DNA of 64,000 nucleotides, from assembly GCA_018992685.1 (NCBI GenBank), contig JACVGT010000013.1, positions 60,228 to 124,227 of the forward strand. Reading direction: 5' to 3'. Each line of letters starts with the position of its first letter. Position 1 is the first letter of the stretch. This document shows, one piece after another, positions 50,433-61,165 of the stretch. Under the pieces are notes generated by a model. The model made no database searches, was not told the origin of the DNA, and saw only the letters and a program-made list of their open reading frames with translations. The translations under genes and the position numbers were made by a program. This stretch comes from Theionarchaea archaeon. GTDB lineage: Archaea; Methanobacteriota_B; Thermococci; Methanofastidiosales; SZ-28-30.

Positions 50433-52067
50433 ATGGTGGAACCTGATGCTTCTGCATACCTTGAAACCGCCCTTCCACACATGAGAAGACTGCTAGGATT
50501 GCAGGACAGAACACCCAGTTCATCCACCTATGGGTGTTTTGACCGCAGTTTCTGGCACTATAGGGTTCTCGATTTCGCAAATGGAAGACAACAGGAGGCT
50601 GCCCTGACCCTTGCTCTCGCATATCACATATCGCACCCACTGAATCCTTATTTTGGCAAAGAAAAGATAAAACAGTGGTCTCTGGCGGCTCTTCAGTTTC
50701 TGGCCACTATCCAGAATGGAGATGGCTCCTTCGATGAGTACTATCCCCATGAGCACGCCTTTGTAACCACTGCCTTTGCTGCCTTTGCTGGCTCTGAAGG
50801 GTTGCTCCTCTTGAATGAGAGGCCTTCCTGCACAGTAGAAATGCTGACCAGATGTGGAAAGTTCCTCCTAAGAAGAGATGAACTGGAAGTGGTGAATCAG
50901 AATCTGGGAGCTGCTGCTGCATTGTACAACATCTACCTGCTGACTGATGATGAACAGTTCAGAAAAGGAGCATACGCCAAATTAGGAACCTCCCTTGAAA
51001 GACAATCACCTGAAGGATGGTTCTATGAGTATGGCGGCCCTGACATTGGATATCTCAGTGTAGCTGTCAGTTATCTCGCTCATTTCTACCGTAAAACAAA
51101 AGATGGCCAAGCTCTTGCAAGCCTGAAAAAGGCAGTGACATTCCTATCCCATTTCATTCACCCCGACGGCACTGCGGGGGGTGAGTATGGATCCCGCAAC
51201 ACGTCCTATCTCGTCCCCGATGGCATTGAAATCTGTGCCCAGATTGACCCCTGCGCCAGCTATCTGGCCCGTGAAGTGCGCACTTCCCTGGCCCGGAAAG
51301 GGTTCTCCCCCTCTGATCTGGACAATCGCTATCTCTGCAATATGCTGTACAACTACTTGCAGGCCTACAGAATGTGCAATCCCATAAAAGAGTACAAACT
51401 ACCTGAACCCGTTTTCTACAAAGAATCGGGTCTGTTGATGGAAAAGAGTGATCAGTATCATCTCGTGGCAAATCTCCACAAAGGAGGCGTATTCAAGGTA
51501 TTCTGCAACAACGAACTGGTAGCTTCTGACTGTGGAATTCTTGGAAGGCTCGTTGACGGAACCCTGGTCACCAGCCAGTGGCTTGGAACATCGTTTACGC
51601 GGAAGAAATCCGGTCAGGGCGTCCAGTACACTGTGACTGGACAGCTGGTGAAGGTACCCGAGCAGCACATGACTCCTTTGAAGATTCTGGTCCTGAGAAG
51701 TTCTCTCCTGATTGGACAGAAATACGTATCTGATGTGGTGAAACAATTGCTGAGAAAGCAGCTTATTACAAAGAAGAATACAGTACCCATATTCTTTGAA
51801 CGTCAGCTAACTCTGAATAAGGGCATTCACATAACAGACAGGCTGAGAGGAACCGGGGAATTTGCCATTCTGCACCTGGTGACGAATGCCTCGTTGATCT
51901 ATATTCCTTCTTCGCGATATTTCCGGATTAGCGAATTGGCCACTCCTCTCTATCTTACTGATGATCTTTCGAACCTTTTCAACACCAAAAGGGAACTCGT
52001 CCTTGAGCGGAATATCACCTGTGGTACTTGGCAGTCTCCACAGCATAACCCACCAGGAGCACATTGA
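50433..52067 (+). CDS. (alpha/alpha)-toroid protein of glycan-associated loci (function unknown)
   Basis: QNGDGSF and QSPEGWF repeats, and YGCFDRSFWHY. GGAGGT SD upstream. Confidence 0.5.
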   Translation: MVEPDASAYLETALPHMRRLLGLQDRTPSSSTYGCFDRSFWHYRVLDFANGRQQEAALTLALAYHISHPLNPYFGKEKIKQWSLAALQFLATIQNGDGSFDEYYPHEHAFVTTAFAAFAGSEGLLLLNERPSCTVEMLTRCGKFLLRRDELEVVNQNLGAAAALYNIYLLTDDEQFRKGAYAKLGTSLERQSPEGWFYEYGGPDIGYLSVAVSYLAHFYRKTKDGQALASLKKAVTFLSHFIHPDGTAGGEYGSRNTSYLVPDGIEICAQIDPCASYLAREVRTSLARKGFSPSDLDNRYLCNMLYNYLQAYRMCNPIKEYKLPEPVFYKESGLLMEKSDQYHLVANLHKGGVFKVFCNNELVASDCGILGRLVDGTLVTSQWLGTSFTRKKSGQGVQYTVTGQLVKVPEQHMTPLKILVLRSSLLIGQKYVSDVVKQLLRKQLITKKNTVPIFFERQLTLNKGIHITDRLRGTGEFAILHLVTNASLIYIPSSRYFRISELATPLYLTDDLSNLFNTKRELVLERNITCGTWQSPQHNPPGAH

Positions 52068-52998
52068 TGCCTGAAAACAATAGAGCCGCTGCTAGGAAAA
52101 CATTCCACCAGGGAATCCCAGCTCCTGAAGTCCATGTGTGTAACGTATATAGCCCAGAAAACAAGGCGGCAAAAAGCATTCCGAAAGAAATCATGCCAAA
52201 GAGTCGAAATGGCCTCTCACCCAATGTTAGATCCATCTTCAATGCAACCATATCCATAATTCCATAGGGGATTCTCATAGCACCATACTTTGATTTTCCA
52301 TTCAATCTCGGCAAGTAATCAACAGAAACCTCTGTGATGGTGCAGCCTTTCTGCTTAAGCAGGGGGAGAATATACCGATGCTCGTCCTTTTTCAGGTATA
52401 GGTCTCTTACGACGTCCCTCCTGAATGCTTTGAATCCCAGGTTGAACTGGTGCACAGGCAAGGAAAACAGCCTCTGGCAGATGCCATTGTATACGAGCGA
52501 GGGTACAATCTTGGTCATTGGTTCTCTCTTCTTTCCCCATCCATTCACTACGTCGTACCCTCTCTCCAATTTCTGTATCATTCTTGGGATATCTGTTGCC
52601 CGGAACTGTCCATCTCCGTCCATCAGGATAAGGTACTCTCCTCCTGCATGCTGGAATCCAGTCATCATGGCCGCAGTCTTTCCCTTGTTGACGTCATGGA
52701 CAAGTACCTTTACGTGAGGGTGATATCGCCTTTGCATGGCCTGGGCGATTTCCAGTGTCCGATCAGTGCTTCCATCGTCTACGAGAATGATTTCAAACTC
52801 CGTCCCGAGTGGGATAAGAGTCTCTTCCAGATCCTCAACCACAACTTGGACATTATGCTCTTCATTGTATAATGGAACAATCACAGACACGTGCTTTCCA
52901 CCATCTACCATGCCATCTTCCAAGCAGGTCACCTGAATTGTCACCTCCTTTACAGGAGAGGTTGAATGCTGATAGAAAGAATCAATCCTTTTGGTCAT
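52015..52998 (-). CDS. GT2 glycosyltransferase (DPM1/ArnC-like, two C-terminal TMs)
   Basis: Motifs VIVPLYNE, VDDGSTD and MDGDGQ. The true start may be downstream (52911). Confidence 0.9.
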   Translation of the reverse strand: MTKRIDSFYQHSTSPVKEVTIQVTCLEDGMVDGGKHVSVIVPLYNEEHNVQVVVEDLEETLIPLGTEFEIILVDDGSTDRTLEIAQAMQRRYHPHVKVLVHDVNKGKTAAMMTGFQHAGGEYLILMDGDGQFRATDIPRMIQKLERGYDVVNGWGKKREPMTKIVPSLVYNGICQRLFSLPVHQFNLGFKAFRRDVVRDLYLKKDEHRYILPLLKQKGCTITEVSVDYLPRLNGKSKYGAMRIPYGIMDMVALKMDLTLGERPFRLFGMISFGMLFAALFSGLYTLHTWTSGAGIPWWNVFLAAALLFSGINVLLVGYAVETAKYHR

Positions 52999-53407
52999 CT
53001 TTCACCACCTCTAAGTATCTATATCCTGCCTTGAAACTATATAAACTTTCCGGTTGAAGAACATATTCAAAATTCAGAACCTTTTCACGTTCCTTTGTTC
53101 CTTAAACTGGTCTCATCCTGTACTTTTAGAAGATATTTGTGTGGGATATAGCATTTCTAAAGCTGTGACTTCACGTCTGACCTCTTATGTATAAGATGAG
53201 ACCAAATTCTGTCTCGATGTGAGAATTAGAGATACTCAGGTGAAGCCATTCCGGAAACCGATGACAGTACCCTGGAATCAGAATAGCGCATCTCTGTAGA
53301 TCTTCATTTTCATGAGAAGGGAGGAGAACCTCCTCAACCAGCATGAAAACGAGCCAGGAAGACGGAGACATGAACGTCGCCTGGCCAATCGGCAGATCGG
53401 TGACTTT

Positions 53408-54427
53408 TCAGAAAGTCTTTCCAAGGAACCTCAGACCCCGTCCATAGAAGTTCAGTGCTACTTGAAAAAGTGGGTTTCCCAGCCTCGCGTATCCAAGAAT
53501 CTGTTCTCTCTTGCATCCAATTTTCTCCTTGAATTCGTAGGTTGTCGGGCCAAAACAGATTTTTCTTTGATTCCTCTGTAGAGCCTTCCTGATTCCTTCA
53601 TAGTACATTATGAAGTATGCCTGAAATTCCTTATACTTAGGATCAATTCCTGCAAGTTTGTGAACAGCGAGCACTCTTGAGTTCAGAATAAGTCCTGAAG
53701 CGACAGGAACGTCATCCTTTAAGCAGACAATCAACTCAGCTTTGTCTTTGAGATATTTTTCCAAAGCCTCATAAAATGACTCTGTGAGGTGGCTCCTGGG
53801 AGTGCCATGCTCGTTGCACAGGTACCCTCTGAGCCTGTGAGCCGTCTCTTTCCATACTGAAAACTCGCTGGTGAAGATTGTCGTCAGGTTCCATCTCTTT
53901 TCTGCCCTGTTCAGAGTTTTTCTCACACTCCGTCGTGCACTTGCATCCAGAGAGGCCAAGTAATCATCGAAATCTGCAAAATTCAAGTCAATGTAGGTAT
54001 CATCCGGAATTCGTATTGGATTGTATCCCTTCATCCATGGCCTCAGAAATGTAGACTCTCTAGCTCTCAACTCAAGAACAAGAATTCCTTTTGCGTCAAC
54101 TCCCTGCCTGGTTTTCTCCAGTTCTTTTAGGATTCTTGGGATGTGTTCTGGAGATACAGAAAAAAGTCCAGAAGCAGTACCGAAGGGAGAACGTACCTCC
54201 AGAAAACGCATTTTGACGTTTAGAAATTCCTCTTCGTACGGGTAACACGTTGCAGCAGCCACAAGATGTCCCTCCTCCTTCAAGAATATGTAGTGCATGT
54301 CTCTCATCCCTGAATCTTCCACTGCCCTGTACCATCCAAATGATTTTCCTGCGTGCTCAGTTCCGACTAGCCGTTCCCATTCTCCTCGCTCAATGTCTGT
54401 GATCGTGTCTGATTGTACAATATCCAT
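53408..54427 (-). CDS. FemAB-like/Acetyltransf_6 GNAT protein
   Basis: FADFDDYLASL...RRSVRK and FGPTTYEFKEKIGC. Confidence 0.8.
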   Translation of the reverse strand: MDIVQSDTITDIERGEWERLVGTEHAGKSFGWYRAVEDSGMRDMHYIFLKEEGHLVAAATCYPYEEEFLNVKMRFLEVRSPFGTASGLFSVSPEHIPRILKELEKTRQGVDAKGILVLELRARESTFLRPWMKGYNPIRIPDDTYIDLNFADFDDYLASLDASARRSVRKTLNRAEKRWNLTTIFTSEFSVWKETAHRLRGYLCNEHGTPRSHLTESFYEALEKYLKDKAELIVCLKDDVPVASGLILNSRVLAVHKLAGIDPKYKEFQAYFIMYYEGIRKALQRNQRKICFGPTTYEFKEKIGCKREQILGYARLGNPLFQVALNFYGRGLRFLGKTF

Positions 54428-54917
54428 TGAATCACCTGTAATGTCCTCATCTTCCACGGACACATTTCACTTGAGTAAGAGTGGAACCATTTAAGAGTTA
54501 TTGTGATTCAATGTCTTCTCCTATCGCATATGTGTCTGAATTTCCCTTTCCTGCCCATGATTGATTCACTAGTGTCGGGATCATTACATTTATCAGTTCA
54601 GAATCGCACCTGTGTAGGGTGGGTGTGAAGTTAGTAGATTCTTCTTCCTCTAGAAAGAGAAATAGAATCCACTTTGCCTTTTTTCTCCTTCTGAATTTTC
54701 AAAGACCTTCCAAAAGCCCTCAAGTCCTCAGGATCATCCTTTCACGATCGATCCTGTGAGATACTTGACATGTATTGTTTATAGCTACTTGAAGGTGAGA
54801 ATAGAGTCATTGTCTGTCACCTCACATCTTCTGAACCCAGCAAATGACAATCTGCATACAATTCTTATTCTTTCTATACTCTCATGTTTCTTCAGAACCA
54901 GGATTCATTATGACCAC

Positions 54918-55949
54918 TCACAGTTTTCTTCCGACCCTGGTCAACGTCTTGATGTAGGCCTTCAGAGCAATGTTCAAGAACGGGTTTTTCAACGATACTA
55001 ACCCGAAGACTCCTTCTCTCCTGCACCCAATCTTTTCCTTGAATTCATAAGTTGATGGACCGAAATAAATCCTCTTCTGCCTTTTTTCAATAGCTCTGCG
55101 GATGCCTTCATAGTAAACCAGGAAATAAGCCTGATAGCTCCTGTATCTTGGATCGAAACCTATGAATTTGTACTGACAAATCTCAGTTGAGTTCAAGGAC
55201 AAACTGAAAACCAACGGGACTTCATCTTTGAGGAATAACACCAGTTCTGCCTCATCCCTCAAATTCGTTTCAAGAGCAGAGTAGAATTCTTCTGATAGGT
55301 ACCACCTGTAATTATTGAAACGATCACATAGATTTTTTTGAAGTCTCCTGGCAGTGTCCCTCCATTTCAAGAAGTCATGTGTAAAGACGCACGTAATTCC
55401 CAGTCTGTCGATTTTGTTCAACGTACTTCGAATACTCCGCCTGGACGTCGCGTCCAGAAACCCCAGATAATCCTCAAAATCAGTGAAATTCAAATCTATA
55501 TAGGTATTATCATCTACCTGGAATCCTGTGAATCCTTCTGTTTGGGCTCTCAGTGAGATAAATTCCTCTTTCTTCATATCCATTATAATGAACCCAGATG
55601 CTTTCACTTCTTTGCGAATTGTCTCCAGACCACGTAAGAGGAAGTGGGCATGCTCGGATGTCTGGGAATAGAAGGCTAAGGATGTCCCCAGAGGAGATCG
55701 TATTTCCAGGAAGGGCATCTTCACATATATCTTTTCTTTGAAGGGGAAACAGCAGGCGGCAGCCACAAGGTGCCCTTTTTCTTTCAAGAATACGTAGTGC
55801 AAGTCTCTCATTCCGGATGTTTCTATGGTCCTGTACCAGTTGAAGGAACGTTCAATATCCTCACGTCCTACCAGGTTCTCCCATTCTTTTCGCTCAACAT
55901 CTGTAATTGTGTCAGATTGTACAATCTCGGTGGGATCACCTCCATCCAT
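54918..55949 (-). CDS. FemAB-like/Acetyltransf_6 GNAT protein (paralogue of 53408..54427)
   Basis: Shares IVQSDTITD, YIDLNF.DF.DYL and FGP.TYEFKEKIGC with its paralogue. Confidence 0.8.
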   Translation of the reverse strand: MDGGDPTEIVQSDTITDVERKEWENLVGREDIERSFNWYRTIETSGMRDLHYVFLKEKGHLVAAACCFPFKEKIYVKMPFLEIRSPLGTSLAFYSQTSEHAHFLLRGLETIRKEVKASGFIIMDMKKEEFISLRAQTEGFTGFQVDDNTYIDLNFTDFEDYLGFLDATSRRSIRSTLNKIDRLGITCVFTHDFLKWRDTARRLQKNLCDRFNNYRWYLSEEFYSALETNLRDEAELVLFLKDEVPLVFSLSLNSTEICQYKFIGFDPRYRSYQAYFLVYYEGIRRAIEKRQKRIYFGPSTYEFKEKIGCRREGVFGLVSLKNPFLNIALKAYIKTLTRVGRKL

Positions 55950-56060
55950 ACAAGGGTATTCAAGCCAAGAAACTCTTTCGCTGCATCAGTACATGAGTCT
56001 TCGTCCCTGTCATCACTGGAAACGATGACCCTCAGAACCTGCCAGAAGGCGCGACGTCCG

Positions 56061-56825
56061 CTACTGAGCACACTCCACATGCCTCGCGTACTCTCCCATT
56101 GTCATTGAATCTGCCCGTGCTTTAACCCATCTCAGGAATCTTTCCACTGCACCTTCCATATTCTCACCAGTATTCCTCGTATATACAAGTCCTCCCCTGT
56201 TGAGACGTACAAATTCCCAAGGGTGAAAATACACTGCCAGGTAGTCGCTTTTCAATGTCATGGTGAGAACCTTTGCATATGATACGCCACACTGCCTAAA
56301 CCATACCCATGACAGAGGGAGGCGCACGATAGGGGAAACGCTCACTGGGATTTCCAGCACTCCTTCTCGAGAATAGGGCACCCTGGGGTCACCAAAGTGA
56401 TTGTAGCGCCCCGGAACAAATGTTGGATGAAGTGAGCTCGAATACAGAAAGCCTGCGCTCTTTAGCACAGCATATGGGGGAGGTCTCATTCGAGGTGCTC
56501 GAAACCCTTCAACCTCTTTGTTTATACCCTTCCTCAATTCCTCTCTTCCGGTTTGAAGCCTTTGAAGTGCCCCTTTTACGGACATGGACTGATAGTCGTC
56601 TCCATGAGAGGCCCCATGAAATGCAATCTCGTGCTCGTCTGAAAGCTCTGCAACGAATTCAGGGTATACCTTGTAGAATGTTCCTGTGACAAAAAAAGTA
56701 GCCTTCACCCCGATTCTCTTAAGCAGGTCATGCACAACCCTGCCTCCCCTGTATCCGATGTCAAACCCATCTTCTCCCCCCCTGTCGTACTCTTCCAGAT
56801 CAAAACTCAATAGCAGTGTCTTCAT
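56061..56825 (-). CDS. Polysaccharide deacetylase (CE4, DUF3473-type)
   Basis: Motifs SFDLEE, KATFF, HEIAFHG..H, GFRAP, YSSS and YFHPWEF. Confidence 0.85.
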   Translation of the reverse strand: MKTLLLSFDLEEYDRGGEDGFDIGYRGGRVVHDLLKRIGVKATFFVTGTFYKVYPEFVAELSDEHEIAFHGASHGDDYQSMSVKGALQRLQTGREELRKGINKEVEGFRAPRMRPPPYAVLKSAGFLYSSSLHPTFVPGRYNHFGDPRVPYSREGVLEIPVSVSPIVRLPLSWVWFRQCGVSYAKVLTMTLKSDYLAVYFHPWEFVRLNRGGLVYTRNTGENMEGAVERFLRWVKARADSMTMGEYARHVECAQ

Positions 56826-57664
56826 TGTTTCACTCCAATAACTGAGAAGTTCCACGAGAAGGCTGTGACTTCAGTCCGGATTTCCAGTGAATATGGTTCA
56901 AAAGCACCATACAATTCCTTGTCTGTGAATATGTGGAGGTACTTCTCTGATATAAAAAAAATATCCCGCATTTCTGTGAGAACAGGGATTTTCTTTCTCC
57001 GGAGGACAAATCTCATGAGATGTAGGAGGAATTTAGCGATCCTTGCAGATTTCCCCATCGTGTGTGCAGTAGGATTGTAGGTGAGCAGGGCCAATCCACT
57101 CAACGTGAAGAACACCCATGACACCGGAGGATAGACAACAAGTGCTGACACACCTAGAAGCCCGCACGCCAGAGAACTTGCAGACCACAGCACAAGATGC
57201 CCCCTATCCCTTAGCTCTTTCGCGATGAAAGAACCGCCTTTCTTCAGCACTCTGTCTATTTCTCTGACTGTTTGGTCAAGAACATCCTCTTGTATCACGG
57301 ACAAGAAGTAGTCTGATAACACGATATCAAAGCTCCCATCTTCAAAAGGGAGACAATCACCTCTGCAACAGATCACCTCATTCCCTGTGGAAATGGCCAT
57401 TTTCAGCATACCGGGGGAAAGATCGATGCCACATACCCACGCATGGGGCTTGAATCGCTTGATCAACTCCATGAAAGATCCATTTGTCACTCCCATTACG
57501 AGGATACGGGACGTTTCGTCAGGTATGAGATTGCTGTAGTATGAGTCCCAAGCCCATTTCGGGTTTACTGTAGCAATGTCTCTCCAGTATTTAGATGCAA
57601 CCTCCCAGTATGCTGTTTGAGGTTGGTCAGCCAGTGGAGCTTTAGATGCCAAGTTTTTCCCCAA
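56822..57664 (-). CDS. Class I SAM methyltransferase with inserted TM hairpin
   Basis: Motifs GIDLSPGML, LPFEDGSFD and RVLKKGG, plus a hydrophobic insert. Confidence 0.7.
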   Translation of the reverse strand: MGKNLASKAPLADQPQTAYWEVASKYWRDIATVNPKWAWDSYYSNLIPDETSRILVMGVTNGSFMELIKRFKPHAWVCGIDLSPGMLKMAISTGNEVICCRGDCLPFEDGSFDIVLSDYFLSVIQEDVLDQTVREIDRVLKKGGSFIAKELRDRGHLVLWSASSLACGLLGVSALVVYPPVSWVFFTLSGLALLTYNPTAHTMGKSARIAKFLLHLMRFVLRRKKIPVLTEMRDIFFISEKYLHIFTDKELYGAFEPYSLEIRTEVTAFSWNFSVIGVKQ

Positions 57665-58337
57665 TCCGTTCTCCCCACTTCTCCAGAGGGGCCATGTTCA
57701 GAAGGACAACAAGCACCATGAAGGCAGCAAACCAGTACACTAGCTCCCGCATCAAGGGATCTCTCCCCAGGAAGAAAGAGACATGATACACCCACGAGGC
57801 AACCTCGGAATAGGGGAATCCCCATCTCTGGTGGAATATTGTCTGAAAGACAAAGATATTGAGGCAGGAGAAGTAGACGAGCAAGCCAGAAAACACAACC
57901 TTTAGTGTTTTTGCTGTGGATCCTCCGCCAAGCCTGAAAGCGAGCGATACGCCAAACAAGATTGATGGAAATAGCATAACATAGAATGCATTCCACATTT
58001 CGTTGATAAAGTAATGTCGATCCTGATTGAACTGGGAAATGAATATGTCCTCAAAGGCTTCGTCGGGATAGGTTCCAAACCATCCCCATGACAGCGCGTT
58101 TTCATATGGCACCAGGAACGCAAAGAACAGTAGAACAACTAGAAGGTACTTGTATTTCCAGGTATTAGGAAAGAACGCAACCGCAAATCCCATGAATATC
58201 AAAGCAAAGAGTTTAGGCAGAAAGACACTCAAGGATACAACTTCTCTGGTATGTGGCGTGAAGAACAGCATGTACCCTCCTAGGGATACTGCCAGAACTC
58301 CGAAGATGAGCCATAACCATTTTCTGATGGGAAACAT
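57642..58337 (-). CDS. Multi-pass membrane protein
   Basis: About six hydrophobic segments. AGGTGA SD precedes 58337. Confidence 0.7.
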   Translation of the reverse strand: MFPIRKWLWLIFGVLAVSLGGYMLFFTPHTREVVSLSVFLPKLFALIFMGFAVAFFPNTWKYKYLLVVLLFFAFLVPYENALSWGWFGTYPDEAFEDIFISQFNQDRHYFINEMWNAFYVMLFPSILFGVSLAFRLGGGSTAKTLKVVFSGLLVYFSCLNIFVFQTIFHQRWGFPYSEVASWVYHVSFFLGRDPLMRELVYWFAAFMVLVVLLNMAPLEKWGERIGEKLGI

Positions 58338-58726
58338 AGATTCACCTCGACCTTTCTCTTGAAGTGAGTTTATAAACTTTTCCATGCTGATAACTGGGAT
58401 ATGCTACATTTTGAGATTTTCAGAAAAAGAATTCCCTTCAATGTGGTCTATTAGGAAGATTAGTAGATTTCCCGGCACATTACAAGTAGGCCACTGATAC
58501 CAGCGCATGACAGGAGAGAATGGCGATGATTCCGGGGTCATTTGTCATTTGATTCAGTACCGGCTCTTTTCAAGACCCCTAAGCGGAGGTGTCTGCAGAG
58601 ATAAAGTCAGTGTGTGGGCAGCGCACTTCGAGTTCCAGTCTCAAGAGCAACCTTTAAAACTGCACAAACAGAGTAATCATATCCGGACATAATGCTTTAT
58701 GTTGTACATCTTGGAGTGGTGGTTCA

Positions 58727-59485
58727 ATGAGAGTACGGCAGGCTACCAACGAGGATGTTGAAAGATTTCATGTGTTGTTTGAAAAAGCACATGGGAATCA
58801 CTCCCTTTATCATGTTAGAACACCTGAATTCTACCAGTGGCTCTTGATTAAGAGACCTTACGTCGGATTGGAGAACATCCTGGTGGCGGAGAGAGAAGGC
58901 GTGCTGATGGGGTTTGCCGCCATTGGGATCAAGGATCTGGGTGTTACAACCATAATTTCCATCTATGAAATGTCGGCCGTGGATGAGGAGTCATTTCATG
59001 CCTTGATGTCCGAAATTCAACAGATCGGAAGGGAGAAAAAGTGTGCCTATCTGGAAACAATGGCACCTCCTCAAGATGAATATTCTCTTAAACTAAGGGA
59101 AGGAGGATTTATAAGATTAAAAGACATGATTGCTATGGGGTATCCCATTACCGTGAAAGAGATTCTCAATCTCTTTGTGAACAGAGCCCTCTCAAAGAGC
59201 ACATTTAGGAGGATCGCGAGGATAACTTTTGAAGTTCAGGGAGAACTCTTCAACCTCACGTTGCCTGAAGGGACGCTCGATTGTGCGAGCGAAGGAGACC
59301 TGTTGATTCGGATTTCTGCATGCAAACTACTGGAGCTTCTCTTCAAGAGAACTGGAATTCTGGCACTCGTAACCAAGAAAGAAGTAGTTGTTAAGCCGTG
59401 GAGGCGCATTTTGTTTGCCCATGAGGTAATTGAGTACCTGGCTGAAGACGTTAAAGCATTTACACCCTATACAGAATTGACTTGA
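58727..59485 (+). CDS. GNAT N-acyltransferase with C-terminal SCP2-like region
   Basis: GNAT motifs VRQAT and LVAERE..LMGFA. The C-terminal DLLIRIS...LLELLF resembles SCP2. Confidence 0.6.
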   Translation: MRVRQATNEDVERFHVLFEKAHGNHSLYHVRTPEFYQWLLIKRPYVGLENILVAEREGVLMGFAAIGIKDLGVTTIISIYEMSAVDEESFHALMSEIQQIGREKKCAYLETMAPPQDEYSLKLREGGFIRLKDMIAMGYPITVKEILNLFVNRALSKSTFRRIARITFEVQGELFNLTLPEGTLDCASEGDLLIRISACKLLELLFKRTGILALVTKKEVVVKPWRRILFAHEVIEYLAEDVKAFTPYTELT

Positions 59486-59610
59486 GTCGTTTTCCTCCCC
59501 TTACCAGATACTTCGCTCAGCCCCTCGATCCGCCAAATCTACATCAAGGGGACCCGAAAGGCTTAAATACTATTACTACAGAAAGAATTCAAGTATAAGG
59601 AGGAAAGAGA

Positions 59611-60891
59611 ATGCACAGAATTCACAAATGGATTACTGTCGTGGTTATCTCGTTGATTATGGTAATCTCTGGTATTTCCAGCGCCTCCGTTGTGAAAGAA
59701 TCTCAGATAACGGAAAATACCAACACTCAATGGCGACCCTCCGTGTGGGGAAAATACCTTGTATGGCAGGATCAGAGAAATGGAAATGCCGACATCTATG
59801 GATATGATCTTTATGGAGGAACGGAATTCCCCATTTGCACCAACGTATTTAACCAAGAACACCCAACAATATACGAGAACATTGTTGTATGGTATGATTG
59901 GAGGAATGGAAATGCCGACATCTATGGGTACGATCTCATCACAAGAACTGAGTTTCCCATCTGCACCAATGTAAATAATCAGCGGCTGCCTGTAGTATGT
60001 GGTACGTATGTGGTGTGGAACGACTGGAGAAATGGCAACTGGGATGTCTATGGGTATGATCTCACCACAGGAACAGAGTTTCCCATCTGTACCAATGGTT
60101 CCCACCAGTACTTCCCTAGAACTGGTGGAAAGTATGCGGTATGGTGGGACGAGAGAAATGGCTTGGGCAACTGGGATGTCTACGGATATGACTTCGAAAC
60201 AGGTACAGAGTTTCCAATCTGTTTGAGTTCAAGTAGCCAAGGATATCCTGCGATACACAACAATGTGGTGGCATGGATTGATGAAAGGAATGGGAACTGG
60301 GATATCTATGGATATGACATCGAAACAGGTACAGAATTCCCTATTTGCACTAATACCTCTGATCAGTTCCGTCCATGGGTATTCAACGATGTCGTGGTAT
60401 GGTTTGATATGCGGAATGGAAATCAGGACATCTACGGATACCAAATATCAACTGGTACGGAATTCCAGATCACTACTAACCTGAGTGATCAGAGGCATCC
60501 CAAGATCTGCTGTAACTATGTGACATGGCATGACAGGAGAGATGGAGACTACAACATCTACATCGCTAAGCTGGATGTCAATGTGTGTGTGGGACAACTG
60601 GCATACCCCTATCGTCCTGTAGACTACAACAGCCCAATGAGATCTCTGGCTTCAACCCGGATTTCAGAGGTACAAAGCTTGCTGGAAGAACTACAGAGCA
60701 CATGTGAGAAGTTCAAAGAGAATGATGACCCCCTGTATGAGAAATGCTGCGTGGATCGATTGGATGAAGCACAGAAGTACCTGGAAAAGGCTGAGACATT
60801 GTTCATGACTGGCAACTACATTGCAGCAAACTACTGGGCACTCAAGGCCCTTGAAATCCTGCAGGAAACTAAAGACTGCTGTTCATCATAA
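59611..60891 (+). CDS. Secreted beta-propeller repeat protein (Methanosarcina-type WxDxRNG repeats) with helical C-terminal domain
   Basis: Signal peptide and seven ~42-aa repeats WxDxRNGNxDIYGYD. Confidence 0.85.
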   Translation: MHRIHKWITVVVISLIMVISGISSASVVKESQITENTNTQWRPSVWGKYLVWQDQRNGNADIYGYDLYGGTEFPICTNVFNQEHPTIYENIVVWYDWRNGNADIYGYDLITRTEFPICTNVNNQRLPVVCGTYVVWNDWRNGNWDVYGYDLTTGTEFPICTNGSHQYFPRTGGKYAVWWDERNGLGNWDVYGYDFETGTEFPICLSSSSQGYPAIHNNVVAWIDERNGNWDIYGYDIETGTEFPICTNTSDQFRPWVFNDVVVWFDMRNGNQDIYGYQISTGTEFQITTNLSDQRHPKICCNYVTWHDRRDGDYNIYIAKLDVNVCVGQLAYPYRPVDYNSPMRSLASTRISEVQSLLEELQSTCEKFKENDDPLYEKCCVDRLDEAQKYLEKAETLFMTGNYIAANYWALKALEILQETKDCCSS

Positions 60892-61165
60892 TCCTTCTTT
60901 TTCTCTTTCATTATGGTTATAACTCCAGCTGATTTTTCCATTTTCCGGATGTCGAGCTTCTTGCGCTGCTTTTTCCCCAGGTTGGGGCATCTATCGAGAT
61001 CGACCATTTTTGTTAAGTACACGACAGATTTCAGGAAATCGGTGCATGCACTCGGTTGAGTACAAGTCTTTCTTTCCTAATCGTCCACTGGCTGCTGAAA
61101 AATGTAGTCATTCCATGAATCGGGAACAAACATTTTTAAGGATTGCCAAAGTTAAGGTGATCGAC

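Noticed and set aside
59760-60560. ~126-bp imperfect tandem DNA repeats
   Set aside because: Explained by the 42-aa beta-propeller blades.
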